Source of the DNA: Cyanophora paradoxa CCMP329 | Lineage: Eukaryota > Plantae > Glaucophyta | Reading direction: 5' to 3' | Assembly (NCBI GenBank): GCA_004431415.1 | Contig: QPMI01000437.1 | Span: 62,001-126,000, forward strand | DNA length: 64,000 nucleotides | Shown: positions 22,601 through 34,300 of the stretch, piece by piece | Numbering within the stretch: the first letter of the stretch is position 1 | Layout: every line of letters starts with the position of its first letter | Program-made: the position numbers and the translations under genes | Notes under the pieces: model-generated | What the model saw: only the letters and a program-made list of their open reading frames with translations | The model's database searches: none | Told to the model about the DNA's origin: nothing

Positions 22601-25600
22601 ATGTACAGGTCCCGATTAATGTTGCAAGCGTCATCGTTATAATTATTAGATTCACCACAGTCCCGATCAATGCAGTAGATATTAGGTGTCACCGACTGCG
22701 GACAAACACAAATCAAAAGAGAAAACTAGGAAAGGAGGCGAGGGGCACGCCTTCAGCTTCCTAACGGCCATCCACATCCTCTCGACGAGTTCGCAATCGA
22801 CCTAATGAGGCCAGGCAGAGGATCGGAATGTGCGCATGAGAGCCAAAGACAGCAAACAAGAAGCCAAAAAAAAGCGGCTCGAACCGGGGGTGTGACCAGG
22901 GCCCGCCAATTGGTCCTTAAAACCTCTGCACCATTGTAATTGTATATATATAAGCATCAAACCTAGCTAAAAGGGCAGAGATAGCACGAACACGCACGCA
23001 AGAGCTCGTGCCGCTCGGATTGCAAGATTCCACCATTTTGATGCCCATGGCAAGCTTCGTCTGCTGCAGAAGCTGGCCTTGCTACCCCTACCACTGCAGC
23101 GCTCTCCCCAGTTGCATGCGCAGGTTTGATTTGCTTTGCCATCTGAGCTGAGCTCGAAATCTGCACCAGTGTCACAGCAGCCGTCGCAGTGACACTGCAA
23201 GCTTAGTGCAGGCAGACGCACCGCTGGCCCCGTGCCTCGAACGAGGTCCCTCACTTTCGCAAATAGAGCCCCTAAATCCGAGCCATCGATCCCGTCCAGG
23301 GCCCCCTCCTCCAGTCGCGCGATGAGCGGGTCTCCATCGTACTCGCAGATGTCGAATTTGAGGTCAGCATCCGAGGGCCCATCGGTGTGGCCGTCCCTCC
23401 CATCGAGCCACTGCGCCGCCAGTATGCAGCGGTCCCGGAATCGATCTGCCTCCTGAAGCCCCGGCCCAGAAAGTCGGAATGAATTCGAAAACGCGCGGGT
23501 CGGGCTATGCATATGGGGGGTGCCGCGCCTCTCGGGAATGGAACATGGAGCTCGAGCCTATGAACTCCCGTCCGCGCCAAGTGAATCCGTAGGCGCTGAA
23601 CTTTAGATCTGCAGCTGCAGCTGGTGCACGTGATCGGCTGGGGCCGACTGGTCCATCAACCGATGAGCCATGTGCGCGTGCTGGAGCCCAGGTCGCAGTA
23701 TCAGTCCCCGCTGCTGAACCATGTGCTGATCCCGATCCCACCGTCGCTGCCAGCAGCACTGCTGAGCTTTGCGCTGAGACCGCGGTCGATGGCACAATTG
23801 CAAGTACTGCATGCGCACTGGCTGCAGCGTCACCAGCAACTGCCATCCCCTGCAACGTTGACTGTGCATGCAGCTGTTCGATGCTCGATGCCCGCGACAG
23901 GGAAGCAGCTGCAGCTGCAGGCAAGTGTACAGGCTCTTCCTCCATATCCGCGCCTCGTTCCAACTCGTGATCCTCGCTTAGCAAATTAGTCGCTTCAGTT
24001 GAGGGCAAGGCAACACCGACGGCCTCCGGATCCTGGTCCTGTACATGTTAGAGTTGCCACATGTCCATCGCAAATTAATGACCGGGGAGCACGGAATACC
24101 TTCTGCAAGTCGCAGCTGTTGTTGGCCGTGCCGGCAGAAGACGTGAGGGTCTTGCCATCCTGCAGAAGGCAGCCCTGGCGATAAGAACCACGTTACTTCG
24201 ACTTCAAGTCAAGTGCAGACCGCTGTCGGAAAAATGACATCAACATTTCTCCTGTCTGCGTCCGCGGTTCGCATGCGCAGTCCCCATTGCCTTTGGTTGT
24301 GGCCGTTGCCTTCATGCCCGGTTGGGGCCGGGCCAGGGGCATTGGCTGGCGAGTCGAGCGACGCGCCGCGCTGGCGCCGGCCTAGACACGAGGCGGAGCT
24401 GGAGGCCGTGGAAGCGCGGCGGGCGCGAAGAGGTGGCGGCGAGCTGGAGCTCGAGATGCCTCCCGCCTCCGATCCCGATTGCGAGCTTGCCTCGAGCCTT
24501 CTCTCATCCTCGCTCCGCGACCGCAATCGTGAGCCGCCTGCTCTGCGCTTGCGCTTGCCCCCGGTACCGGTGCCACCTTCGCGACTCGAGCTCGCGGCCG
24601 CCTGCAGCGCCCTTGTGAGTGAAACGTATACTAAAAATGCGACGCTTGAAACTCGCACCTCTAAACCTGGGCGCGCATTCTGATCTGTCTCGCTATCGGC
24701 GCCACCTGCATGCTTCTTCACCAATTCCCGTATGGACGCGAGGACAGTGAGCGTGTCACGGTTCTTCGTGACCCCCAGAACGCCACTTCGCACTTCATGG
24801 AACAGCGCCTCCTCGGAATACTCTGCGGTTGAAAAGAAACGGAATGAGTCGGCGCAGAAACCTCCGACGTTCGGTTTCCTAACCGTGTGCATCGAAGTTC
24901 AGCGCGGGCTCTGACGTGAAGGTTTTTTGCAGCCCCTCTCGCTTGTCCAGCTCACGGCATACCAAAATGCACCGGTCACGAAAGCGCGCCGCTTCCTGTT
25001 CCGCCCAAATCAAGTAAGAATGCGTCGTCGGAGGGCCGGCCCATACATTTATAGAAATTGCGGAAGTTCTTGCCTTGCGCGAATAGCAGACGGCAGTGTA
25101 GCATGCGGTTTTCCTCCACCTCCAGTTGCCACGAAAGGATGGCGTCCGTCCATCGCGAGACTCCTTGTTTACCCCTATGTACTTTATCGCTCCCCCCTGT
25201 CCGTCGTTTTGTGCAGGGTTGGACTGCACATCCTCCTCAATGCCGACCTCGGGCTCCTCGCGCTCAAATTCACGATCGCGCTGCAAATCCTGCGACCCGG
25301 ACCTCTTAGTGCCTGCAAAACAGCGAGTAATTATATAATCAACCGTACAGAGCGCGCCTCTTGCACGTCCGCCAGCTCGACATCGATATCCGAGCTCGAT
25401 TGTGAAGCATGCTGTCAAATCAAACGATAAATCGGGAAGAGAAACAGAACCAAACATTTAGAGATCACATAAGCACTCAACGATAGTGGAGTTCGGACCT
25501 GCCAGTGACCAGCTGCAGCTGCAGGTCCCAGTGAAAGCAACTCTTCGGGGGCGGAGGCGGACGGCTGGTCCGCGGGCTTGTCCAGACCTGGTTCGCCCAC

Positions 25601-27369
25601 CAGAGACGGCATTCCAGCATGCGCACATGCCTGTAGCACTTCAGAATGAGGTAAGAGAATTAGCAGGCCCCGCAGCAACATGCCTGGATTGCCCCTGTAG
25701 CCAGGCCTGTCTCCTCAGCGACGAATGCAATCGTCCGTGCCACGGCTCCCGCCACGTCCTCCTCCCAGCTGCCGAGGGAGTTTGGGTCGAGCGGGCGAGG
25801 CGAGGGGCTCGCGTATTCGAATCGCGATCGCTTGAATTACGTGGGATCGTTGTCGCCGACGAGAGGGCGCTCTCTTTCAGGGCTTCTGAAGAGCTTCGTG
25901 TAGAAGTTCTCGCTCTTGTAATCTGAAATTTATGAGATACAACAAGCTGACAAAAGCTCGAATAACGATGCACACTCTCCAGCGAGAAAGTCAGCTTGTC
26001 GCCAAACTCTTTGTAAGCCTCACCCTCCGGCCCGTCCGGCCCGAACCTGACCCACATTAAATCGAGCGCCTCATGATCAGCCATGGCCGGCATGCAAAAC
26101 TCAGCGGAGCAGGGCTGCACCAGGCGATGCGGCAGCGGTCCCTGAAGCGTTGGGCCTCCTCAACCGAAGGCATCAGGGGCGAGAGAACCTGCATTGGCAG
26201 CAAGCATCGTCCGCGAAGCGTAAGACGCGATCTCAGCGCTATCACAGGATCGGACCTGCTCGTTCTGTAGAGTAAATGCGGCCACAAACCGTTCTGGCTG
26301 TGCAGAGATGCGGTGCACGGAAAACGCCACCCGCTGCAGCAAACGCAGAGGGAACAGTTTAAACAAAAACGAGAGAAGAGAGAACTAGAGAGGACTGGGA
26401 CAGCTACCTTTCGACTCAGCACTTTCTTCAATGTCAGCACTTTCTTCAATGTATCCTTCATGAGTTGTGAATCCAGCTGGCAGCAAAATTAATAATGTAA
26501 TATCCAGGGCAGACGTAGCTTAGAATTAGAAGGCTCGAACCGGTGTCGTCACTAGCATCCGCCAGCGCGTCGTTAGGAAGTCTGCGAAGCCATGAATATT
26601 AATATAAATTCTAGCTGTTGTCATGAACTCGCGCACGCAGAAGTTGGCCATGGAGCGCAGAAGTTCCCTGTGCTAGACCCATCACTGCTGCAGAGGAGGA
26701 GCCTGATGCGGGGTCTACAGCCAGCGGGGCCGCAAAGCCCTGTGCCGGAGCCGCCGCTGCTGCGGCTAAGCCCTGTTCATTCGCAGCTGGCCGCAGTGTC
26801 GTAGCCTTGACTAAGAGTTTGATTGCATCAACGAGGACCCGAAAGTCGGTCGCGCTGATCCCGTCCAGGGCCCCCTCCTCCAGCCGCGCGATGAGCGGGT
26901 CGCGCCGGACGAAGTTGGAGTCGGCGTCTGAGGAGCCTCTGGCGTCTGAGAGGCTGCCGGCCGCGGCGCAGCGGTGCTCATCCCGCCGGTCAAGCCACTG
27001 CAGCACCAGCGAACATCTGTCTCGAAACTGCTCCGCCTCCTGTACCAGTCTTAAGTCAGGAAAAATGGCTCGAGAAAAAATGAAGGGGGAATGCCTGGCC
27101 TTACGGGAATGGAATCCAGAAGCGCTGAACTCCCGGTTACGCCAGGTGCAGACAAGTCGGAGAGACTTATTGTCAGATCCGTTGTGCCAGCGCCAGCGTA
27201 TGCCATTGCCGCTGCTTCCGCTTCCTGCTGTCCCACTTTGCCAACTGCCTGCTGAAAGCTGCAGTTGATCCTCCTCAATCGCAATTTCCTCGTCTGTCAA
27301 AAGCTCTCCCGTCGCTGGATCTTCTCCTGGTGTACCTGATGAACCTGAACCCCGCGTTGCAGCCCGCAT
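16618..27369 (-). CDS. Large multi-exon protein with five divergent AP2-like domains and a Pro/Ala-rich repeat region (possibly disrupted, possibly several genes)
   Basis: EAEQFRDRC (~27039), EEAQRFRDRC (~26160), EAARFRDRC (~24995), EADRFRDRC (~23452), KEALQFRDRC (~22480). The clearest copy reads KYIGVNKESRDGRTPSFRGNWRWRKTACYTAVCYSRK/EAARFRDRCILV...ALNF. Both ends approximate. Confidence 0.55.
17792..18988. repeat. Left copy of ~1.2 kb direct repeat flanking the LINE fragment (contains a Pro/Ala-coding minisatellite)
   Basis: Near-identical to 20889-22080; differences are mostly single-base indels in G/C runs. Confidence 0.9.
18989..20888 (+). mobile_element. 5'-truncated non-LTR retrotransposon (L1/Tx1-like ORF2 C-terminus plus ~1 kb 3' region)
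   Basis: Stop-free frame 18989-19852 with no start of its own: CAGC...ETFPHVFLCP zinc knuckle and LWSRRCE (IWxxR[NC]-type motif). No introns. Inserted antisense within the AP2-like gene. Confidence 0.7.
20889..22080. repeat. Right copy of ~1.2 kb direct repeat
   Basis: Begins ATGCACGGTTCCAGCG and ends ACCGTCCTCGCC, exactly as 17792-18988 does. Confidence 0.9.
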
Positions 27370-28670
27370 GCATCAACAGCGGATCAACAGCGGATCAACA
27401 GCGGAATTTTAAAGCTTCAACTGACAAACCTGCTGCGGCCATTTTGTTGAAGTTGTTGACATGCATATGTTCGAATTCCTGCCAAATGCGCAGTGCACGT
27501 GCCCTTGACCCGTATACGTATGCGTGTCAGAGCACGCATTATATATATATCATATGATCATAGATAGGCCGCGCGTGCGCTGGCCATGGAGGGGCTCATA
27601 GATAGGCCGCGCATCATAGAGCACGTGCACGCGTACGTATATATATATACGGCTCTAGAACTGGAGGGCACGCGCAGGCCCGCTAGCTTGCAGGGCAGCG
27701 ACAAACCTCAGATGAAGCGCCCGTCTTGCTGTATGTCTGCACGCAGATTATATAATTAGCAAAAAAATGACAAGGCTGCCGGAGGAGATCTAGAGTGCCT
27801 TCGGAATTCTGTTTCTTCGATCGGCTGCGCAGCGATCACAAAGCCACGGGGACGGCGCGAAGCTCTGACGCTCAAGCCAGGTGCACGTGTATGCCAGCGT
27901 CAATTCTGAAAGCTAGACCTGTACATCCCCGATATCAATCATGCATCAGCAGCGAGCGCAGGCGTAGCGGACCGGAGATCTAGATCTACATCGATCGATA
28001 TCTAAGCCATGGCCAGGTCTAGTGCTCTAGATATCGGATAGCTAATAGCTGTATAACATGCAACCTCGAGCTCGGTCTACGTATGAGCGTTTAAGCCGGC
28101 CGTGTGCTGCCTCCAGATCTATATCTCCAAGCTCCAAGCAGGCGAGCGCCGCGGCGCAAGCGCACGAGAGACCGTAGGACTCACTTAAGAGCACATGCGT
28201 TCTCTTGTTCGCGTCTGCATGCGAATACTCTAGCTCGGACCTACTGGCCACGTGCACGCACCTACCATGGCCAGCGGGAATGGAAGCCGAATGCAGATAT
28301 CGATGGCCTCGAGGAGTGCACGTGACGATGTGTGAGCTCGAGGCGCCGGCGATATCGATGGTGAGCCGGCCGCGGCGTGGCCGCCGGCCGCGTCCACGGG
28401 TGAAGATGTGCACGTCAGGCCTAGGCGCTCGTCGATCGCGACGTCGACGTCGACGTCGGCCGGCGCGGCGCGGCGAGCTCGAGGGAGCGCGGCGAGCCGC
28501 GGCCGCGGCGGCTGTAATCTGCAGAGCTCATCAGAAAAGTCTACATTAGCTAGCTCATCATCAGCCGCGCTGTCGCTGCAGCCGGCCGCGGCCACGTGAA
28601 TGTTCAGATCATCGGATCGAGCGCGCGAGCCGCAGGGGATCGAACTTATGTGTGCCGAGCGCACCTGACG

Positions 28671-31049
28671 ATGCTTCAGAAGCGGCTCGCCCAGTCTAAC
28701 ACGCCGCGCTCTCCCTCCGAGTCTTCGCCCTGTCTCACACGCCGCGGGGCGGGAATGGCGGTCAGCCGCTCGAGCTCCAAACGCTCGAGCTCGACCTCGA
28801 GCTCCACCGCGAGTACAGCGCTCCGAGCCCTCTGATGAGTACCGCTGTCAAGCAAGATCGGGGATTCGGGCCGGGGTACGCGTTCGAATTCGCGAGCGAG
28901 ACTCGGCGAGGCGGCTCAAAGAACAGCCGCGCGCGCACGCGGGGCGCGGCCATGGAGGCGACTGCGGGCACTAGCCGCGGGCGCGCGCGCGCCGCGACGG
29001 GCGTGCAGGCGCGCGCGCGCCTCCGCGCGTGCCGCGGCCGGCGCCGGCGCCGCGGCCGGCGCTGCGCCGCGGCGTGATCACGTGCACGTGGCTGATCATG
29101 AGCGCGCAGCGGACTTATCACGGGCGATACCACGGGCGCGTCGCCTCCGGCAAGTACTGGTGCCGCGCGTGCAGCAGCTCAACGTTAACGCCACTCACAG
29201 CTTAATTTACCCCAGCAGCACCCCAGCAGACAGCGCAAGAACTGTAACCCGCCTTTCAGCTTTCAGTATCTGTAGAAGAAGGGTCCGCCTGAGAACTCTA
29301 TATATAGCTAGCTGCCCTTCTTCGTGCGGGCGGCGCTCGCCTCCGGGGAGGGCCCCAGGCTCTACTGCTGGAACCCGGTGCGGCTCTGCTATACATAGAT
29401 ACTACTCTAATGACTAGGGCCAGCCGGCCGCCCGGCCTTCCGTTCCCGTCCCTTTGATGAAGTCTCGCCCCTCTCCTCCCACTGATATCGTGGACGGTAC
29501 TTAGCTATCCAGCAAGCAAGCTACCCTGGGCCGCTCGGGCCCCCGTCGCGCCCCCGTCGCGCCCCCCCCCCCCCCCCCCGCGCCCTCCCCCCCCTCCCTC
29601 TTCTCACGTCGCCCCCCCCCCCCCCCCCCTCTCTTCAGGAGTACCGGCACGCGGACGTTGCGCTGATGCACTCAAACCTCTGCGCCTCCAAGTTCCAGGT
29701 CGGCCTCCCCCCCCCCCCCCCCCCCCCACCCCCCCCTCTACGCCCTTCCCTCCCCTCCCCCCTTCCCCTCCCCCTTCACCACCCTCTGCCCTTCCCTTCC
29801 CCCCCTCCCCCTCCCCCTCGCCCTCCTTCTCACGCCCCACCACACCACCCTCTGCCCTCGCACTCGCCAGAGCCGCATCCCCTCTTTTTCCCCGCCCTGG
29901 CCCCCGGCCGGCTTCCCCTACCCCCCCCCCCCCCACCTCCCTCCCCGATCCCCCCGGGACGGCCAGCTAGAGGAGGAACTCGGCTTAAAGGGACACTCCC
30001 CGCCTTCCTCCCTCGCACTTGACTAACAGACAGCCAGCCTGCTTCCCCTCTCCCACCCCCTAGCCTGACCCCCCCCCCCCACCCCCCACCCTCTCCCCCG
30101 CTTTCCGCCTTCCTCCCTCGTTCGCCTGCTTCGAACCCCACCCCCCTCCCCCTCCCCCGGGACGGCGAGCCGGCTAGCTCTCCGGCTAGCTTGTTGGCTG
30201 GCTAGATAGCCTTCCCCCCCCCCCCCCCCGCGCCAGTCGTCGGCCCCCGGACGGCCATCTAGAGGGGATGCTTGACGGCTTGCTGGCTAGATACCTTGCT
30301 GGCTCTCCGGCTAGCTCCCCCCCCCCCCCCCCCCCCCCCGCTCGCCCTGGAACAAACGCCTCTGAGAACTTCGTTCGCAGCCGGGGCTCTACCGGACCGT
30401 GCGGGCCGCCTGCCCCGTCCCCGCCAACCGCCTCTCCTACTTCGAGGTCCGCCCTACGAGAATCTCACACAAATCTTATACACAATCTCTTAGAATCTCA
30501 AATAGATCCAGCAAGAGTCCCTCTTAAGAATAACATGTAAGAGACCTGACGGGAGGCTCCAGATGCACCTCTCGGCGGGGACGGACGCGAAGAGCATCTG
30601 CCTCGGCGTCGCCACGCGGCGGCTCGCCACGAACGCCCTCTGCGGCTCCGACGGCTCCTCCCTCGGCTGGTACAGGCGAGCGAGCAATCCGTTTCATTTC
30701 TTCTAATCTTCTTTTGCGGTTTCTGACAGAGCGTCTGCAGCTCGGGCGACATCGTCTTCGCGGGGGAGTGGCGCGAGTTCTCGCGGGAGGGCATCCGCGG
30801 GGGCCAGACGGCCGGCGTCCTCGTCCACCTCGCCCAGCCCGGGGGCCCCGGTGAGGCGGCGCAGGCCTCACTCTCCTTCTACCTCGACGGCCGGTCAGCC
30901 ATCCGGATCAAATCAGATCAGATGATCTGAGCCGAGCCGAATTCGAACTGAATGCGGCGCCCCCACTCCCCCCGCAGCCCGTCGGCTCGGTCAGCCAGCC
31001 CGTCGCCGTCCCCGCCGACGCGGGACCCCTGTACCCCTGCCTCACCCTC
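28671..31049 (+). CDS. SPRY/B30.2-domain protein (3' end not located)
   Basis: Spliced GLYRTVRAACPVPANRLSYFE / SICLGVATRRLATNALCGSDGSSLGWY / GGQTAGVLVHL...LSFYLDG / PLYPCLTL. Start codon tentative. Confidence 0.7.
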
Positions 31050-31349
31050 GTGCGCCTTCAACCCCCCCCCCCCCCCCCCCCCACCCTTCTCAGCCCGGCC
31101 GCGTGCGCCCTCCCGCTGCGTGCACCCTTGACAGCCGCGTGCGCCCTCCTGCTAGCGCTCGGATCAGATTTGATCTGATCTGATCTGAGCGGGAAAGAGG
31201 GGTACATATTCGAGCCCCCACACGAGTCCTTAGGCTACCACTACTGCTGGCGGGCGCGGGCCACCCGCTCCACCTCCTGGAGCGCTTTCGAATTCAAATT
31301 CTTGAAATTTTGTCGGGAAAGAGGGGTACATTTTCGAGCCAGGCTACCA

Positions 31350-34300
31350 CTACTGCTGGCGGGCGCGGGCCGCCGCCTCGGCGTCCCTCCGGTCCAGCTC
31401 CCGCTCCGCCTCGCGGTACGCCTCCCGCGCCTCCGAGGCCGAGGCGGGGCCCGGGCCCGGCGCCCGCCCAAAGGTCTCCGGGTCCAGAGCCGCCATCACC
31501 TGCGCACGTCAGATCAGATCAAAACAGATTTGATCGGATCTCAGATTTGATCGGATCAAAATACCTGGCGCAGGGCGCGGGCGGCGGCGCGCTCCGCGAG
31601 CCGGCCGAAGAGGCGCTCGCCTGCATTGGATTTCAAATTCAAATTTGAATTTGAAGAGGCGCGTGACTCACCCTCCGGGAGGAGCCGCGGCCCGACGACG
31701 GCCGCCAGGCGTTCCACGTCCACGCGCTGGCCCGCCTGCATCCAAATTCAATTTGAAAAATTCGAATTTTGGCGGGAAAGGGGGGTACCGCACCTTGCTC
31801 GCGGACTGGAGGAGGCGGCCGATGGACTCGAGGGCCTCGCGGTCCTCGTCCCTCAGGCGGCTCCAGGGCATGGAGCCCGGCCCGGGCGGCGCCGGCGGCC
31901 GGCCCTGCCCCCGGCGTCACAAAAAGAACGAAGTGCGGGGGGGGGGGGGGAAGAGGAGGGTTACCTGGAGTACCCCCCAGAACGTCTGGGCGGCCTCCGC
32001 GGCCAGCGCCTCCGCCGCGTTCTCGACGGCGCGCACCACCTGGGGGTACACCGATCAGAAGGGGAAGGAAGGGAGGGGGGGGGGGGAAGAGGCGACCTCG
32101 TCGACGACGACGTCGCGGATGAACGTTCCTCCGTCCGAGAAGACGAACTCGAAGATCTGCGCGCGCAGCCCCCGACCGCAGGTAAGAAAAGGAGCGGATA
32201 AGGAAGGGGGAAAAGTGAAGGGGTAGACACCTCTGCGGTGGTCTCGCCGCGTTTCGCGTCGGGATCAGCGCCCGGGGCGGGCCGCGCCACGGGGGCCGCC
32301 CCCTCGCTGGCCTTCCGCACCAGGCTCTCGAGCCGCCGCCTGCGCGCGATGAGCGAGTGAGAGAGAATCAGAAGAGATTATCAGCTTAAGAATCTAATCA
32401 GGACCACCGGACTCTAAGTAGAGAAGTGAGGTGTTATGCCTTCCTTTCTTAAGAAGACTCCTATATTAAGGAAAAAGAATTCGAGTAATCTAGAATCTTC
32501 AACTAAATCTAGACCATAGATGTACGCAACGGACCAGCGGATACGGCCGTCGGCGAGCAGCAGCTCCTTGAGCGACTCCTTCAGCTCCTCTTGGTTCGCC
32601 GTCATCAGCTGCTTCACGATGTACGGGTACGCCCGCGCTAGAACCTGGGGTGGGGCAAGGGGAGAGGGGGGAGGGGAGTTAGTGGGAGGGGGGTACGGGG
32701 CGGGGCAGGGCGGCGCAGGGCAGGCGGAGTTAAGAGAGGGGGCAGGCGCTGAGGACGTCTCTAGAAGCTAGAATATGCCGGGGGGAAAGGGGGGGGAGGA
32801 GAAGGGAAAGGGGGGTACCTTGAACTCGGGGTTGGAGGAGAGGGCGATGCCCTCCAGGACGGTGAGGGACCGGATGACAAGGCTGTAGAAGGGCGGGATC
32901 TGCGAACGAAGCTTGAGTGCGAACGAAGTGGGGGGTAGGGGGGGGGTAGGGTACCTTGAAGGGGAACTCGTACATGACCCCCGCCAGGTCGTCCGAGAGG
33001 TTCTGGGGTACGGTTCGAAGATCGGGGGTGGGGGGGGGGGGAATGATGAGGGGGGTACCTGGAAGTTGAGCTCGGCGACGCCGTCTTTGACCGCGTTCTG
33101 CGGCGCGGCGTCACGGCACGGGCGGGGGTACAGTGGAGACGGCGACGCCGGGCGGGGGGCGCCAGCGGTCAAGTCTAGCCGGGCAGGTTCGGCTGGTCTA
33201 GCCGTCTAGCCGGCGCTGGGGCGCCGGGCGGGCGGGCGGGGGAACGGTCACCTGGAAGACGTGGGTGAGGGCCGGCTTGATCGGCTCGAGGTCTGCCCCC
33301 CGGCGGCAGTCAGTCAGCCAGCGTCGGCGCCGCGGAGGCGGCGCGCAGAGGGCGGGGCGGGGCGGGGCGGAGCAGATGGGGCGAAGCGGGGCGCACCGAC
33401 GTCCTCGCTGCGGGAGAGAGGGCAAGGATCAGATACAAAAGGGGGGCCGGCGGTCCGGGCATTCCCAGCTCTCCCTCTTAGCCCCTAGTTGAGGGCGGGG
33501 CGGGGCGGGGCGGGGCGGGGCGGGGCGGGGCGGACAAAGCTCTTCGATTGACAAAGCTCTGAAAGCTCTTCTAGTCCCTAGTCGAGGGCGGGGCGGGGCG
33601 GGGGAGGGGCGGGGCGGGGCCTAGATTCCCACTCTACTTCGCTCCCAGCTTTTCTTTTAGCCCCTAGTCCAAAGGGTCGGGGGCGGGGCGTGGGCGGGGG
33701 GCGGGGCGGGGCGGGGCGCCGGATCCCTTAGCTCCTTTTTATTCTTAGCTATCTATCTTGGCCGGGGCGGGGCGGGGCGGGGCGCACGAGAGGAAGTCGA
33801 GGGCGACGAAGTCCGACGCCAGCGCCGCGAACTGCACAAGGCGGGGGCGGAGGTAAGAGAACGGTTGCATTGCGGAGGGGGCGGAGGGATCAGATCGATT
33901 CAAGATTTGCATTATACTGATTTAAGCCTTCTTGGATTCTTCTTGGGTTCTTCCTACCTCCCGGTTCACGAGGTGGACGACGGCCTTGATGAGGGCCGTC
34001 CGGTGCCGCGGCTCCAGCTCGCTCATCATCCCTGCCCGCCCGACGGAGGTCAGGAAGCTTAGCAAGAGAAGGAGAGGTTCTAGTTGTTGTGATTCGATCT
34101 CATGTCGCGTCAAGTAAGTTAGTTGGGTAGTTCAGAGCGTGTGGGTCCTGGGCGGGACGGGGGGTGCTGCGAGTGGGGGGGCGTGAGGGGGAGGGGGGGT
34201 ACCGAAGTCGAGGTAGGCGAGCTTTCCGTCCTCCGTCCGCAGCAGGTTCCCGGGCTTCGGGTTCGAACCCCGGCGGCGCCAAATGAGGCCCGGATCCCGC

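Noticed and set aside
29560-30340. Pro-rich or Gly-rich ORFs from long poly-C/poly-G runs (also ~39220, ~47430)
   Set aside because: These are intronic homopolymer tracts with unreliable lengths and no coding signal.
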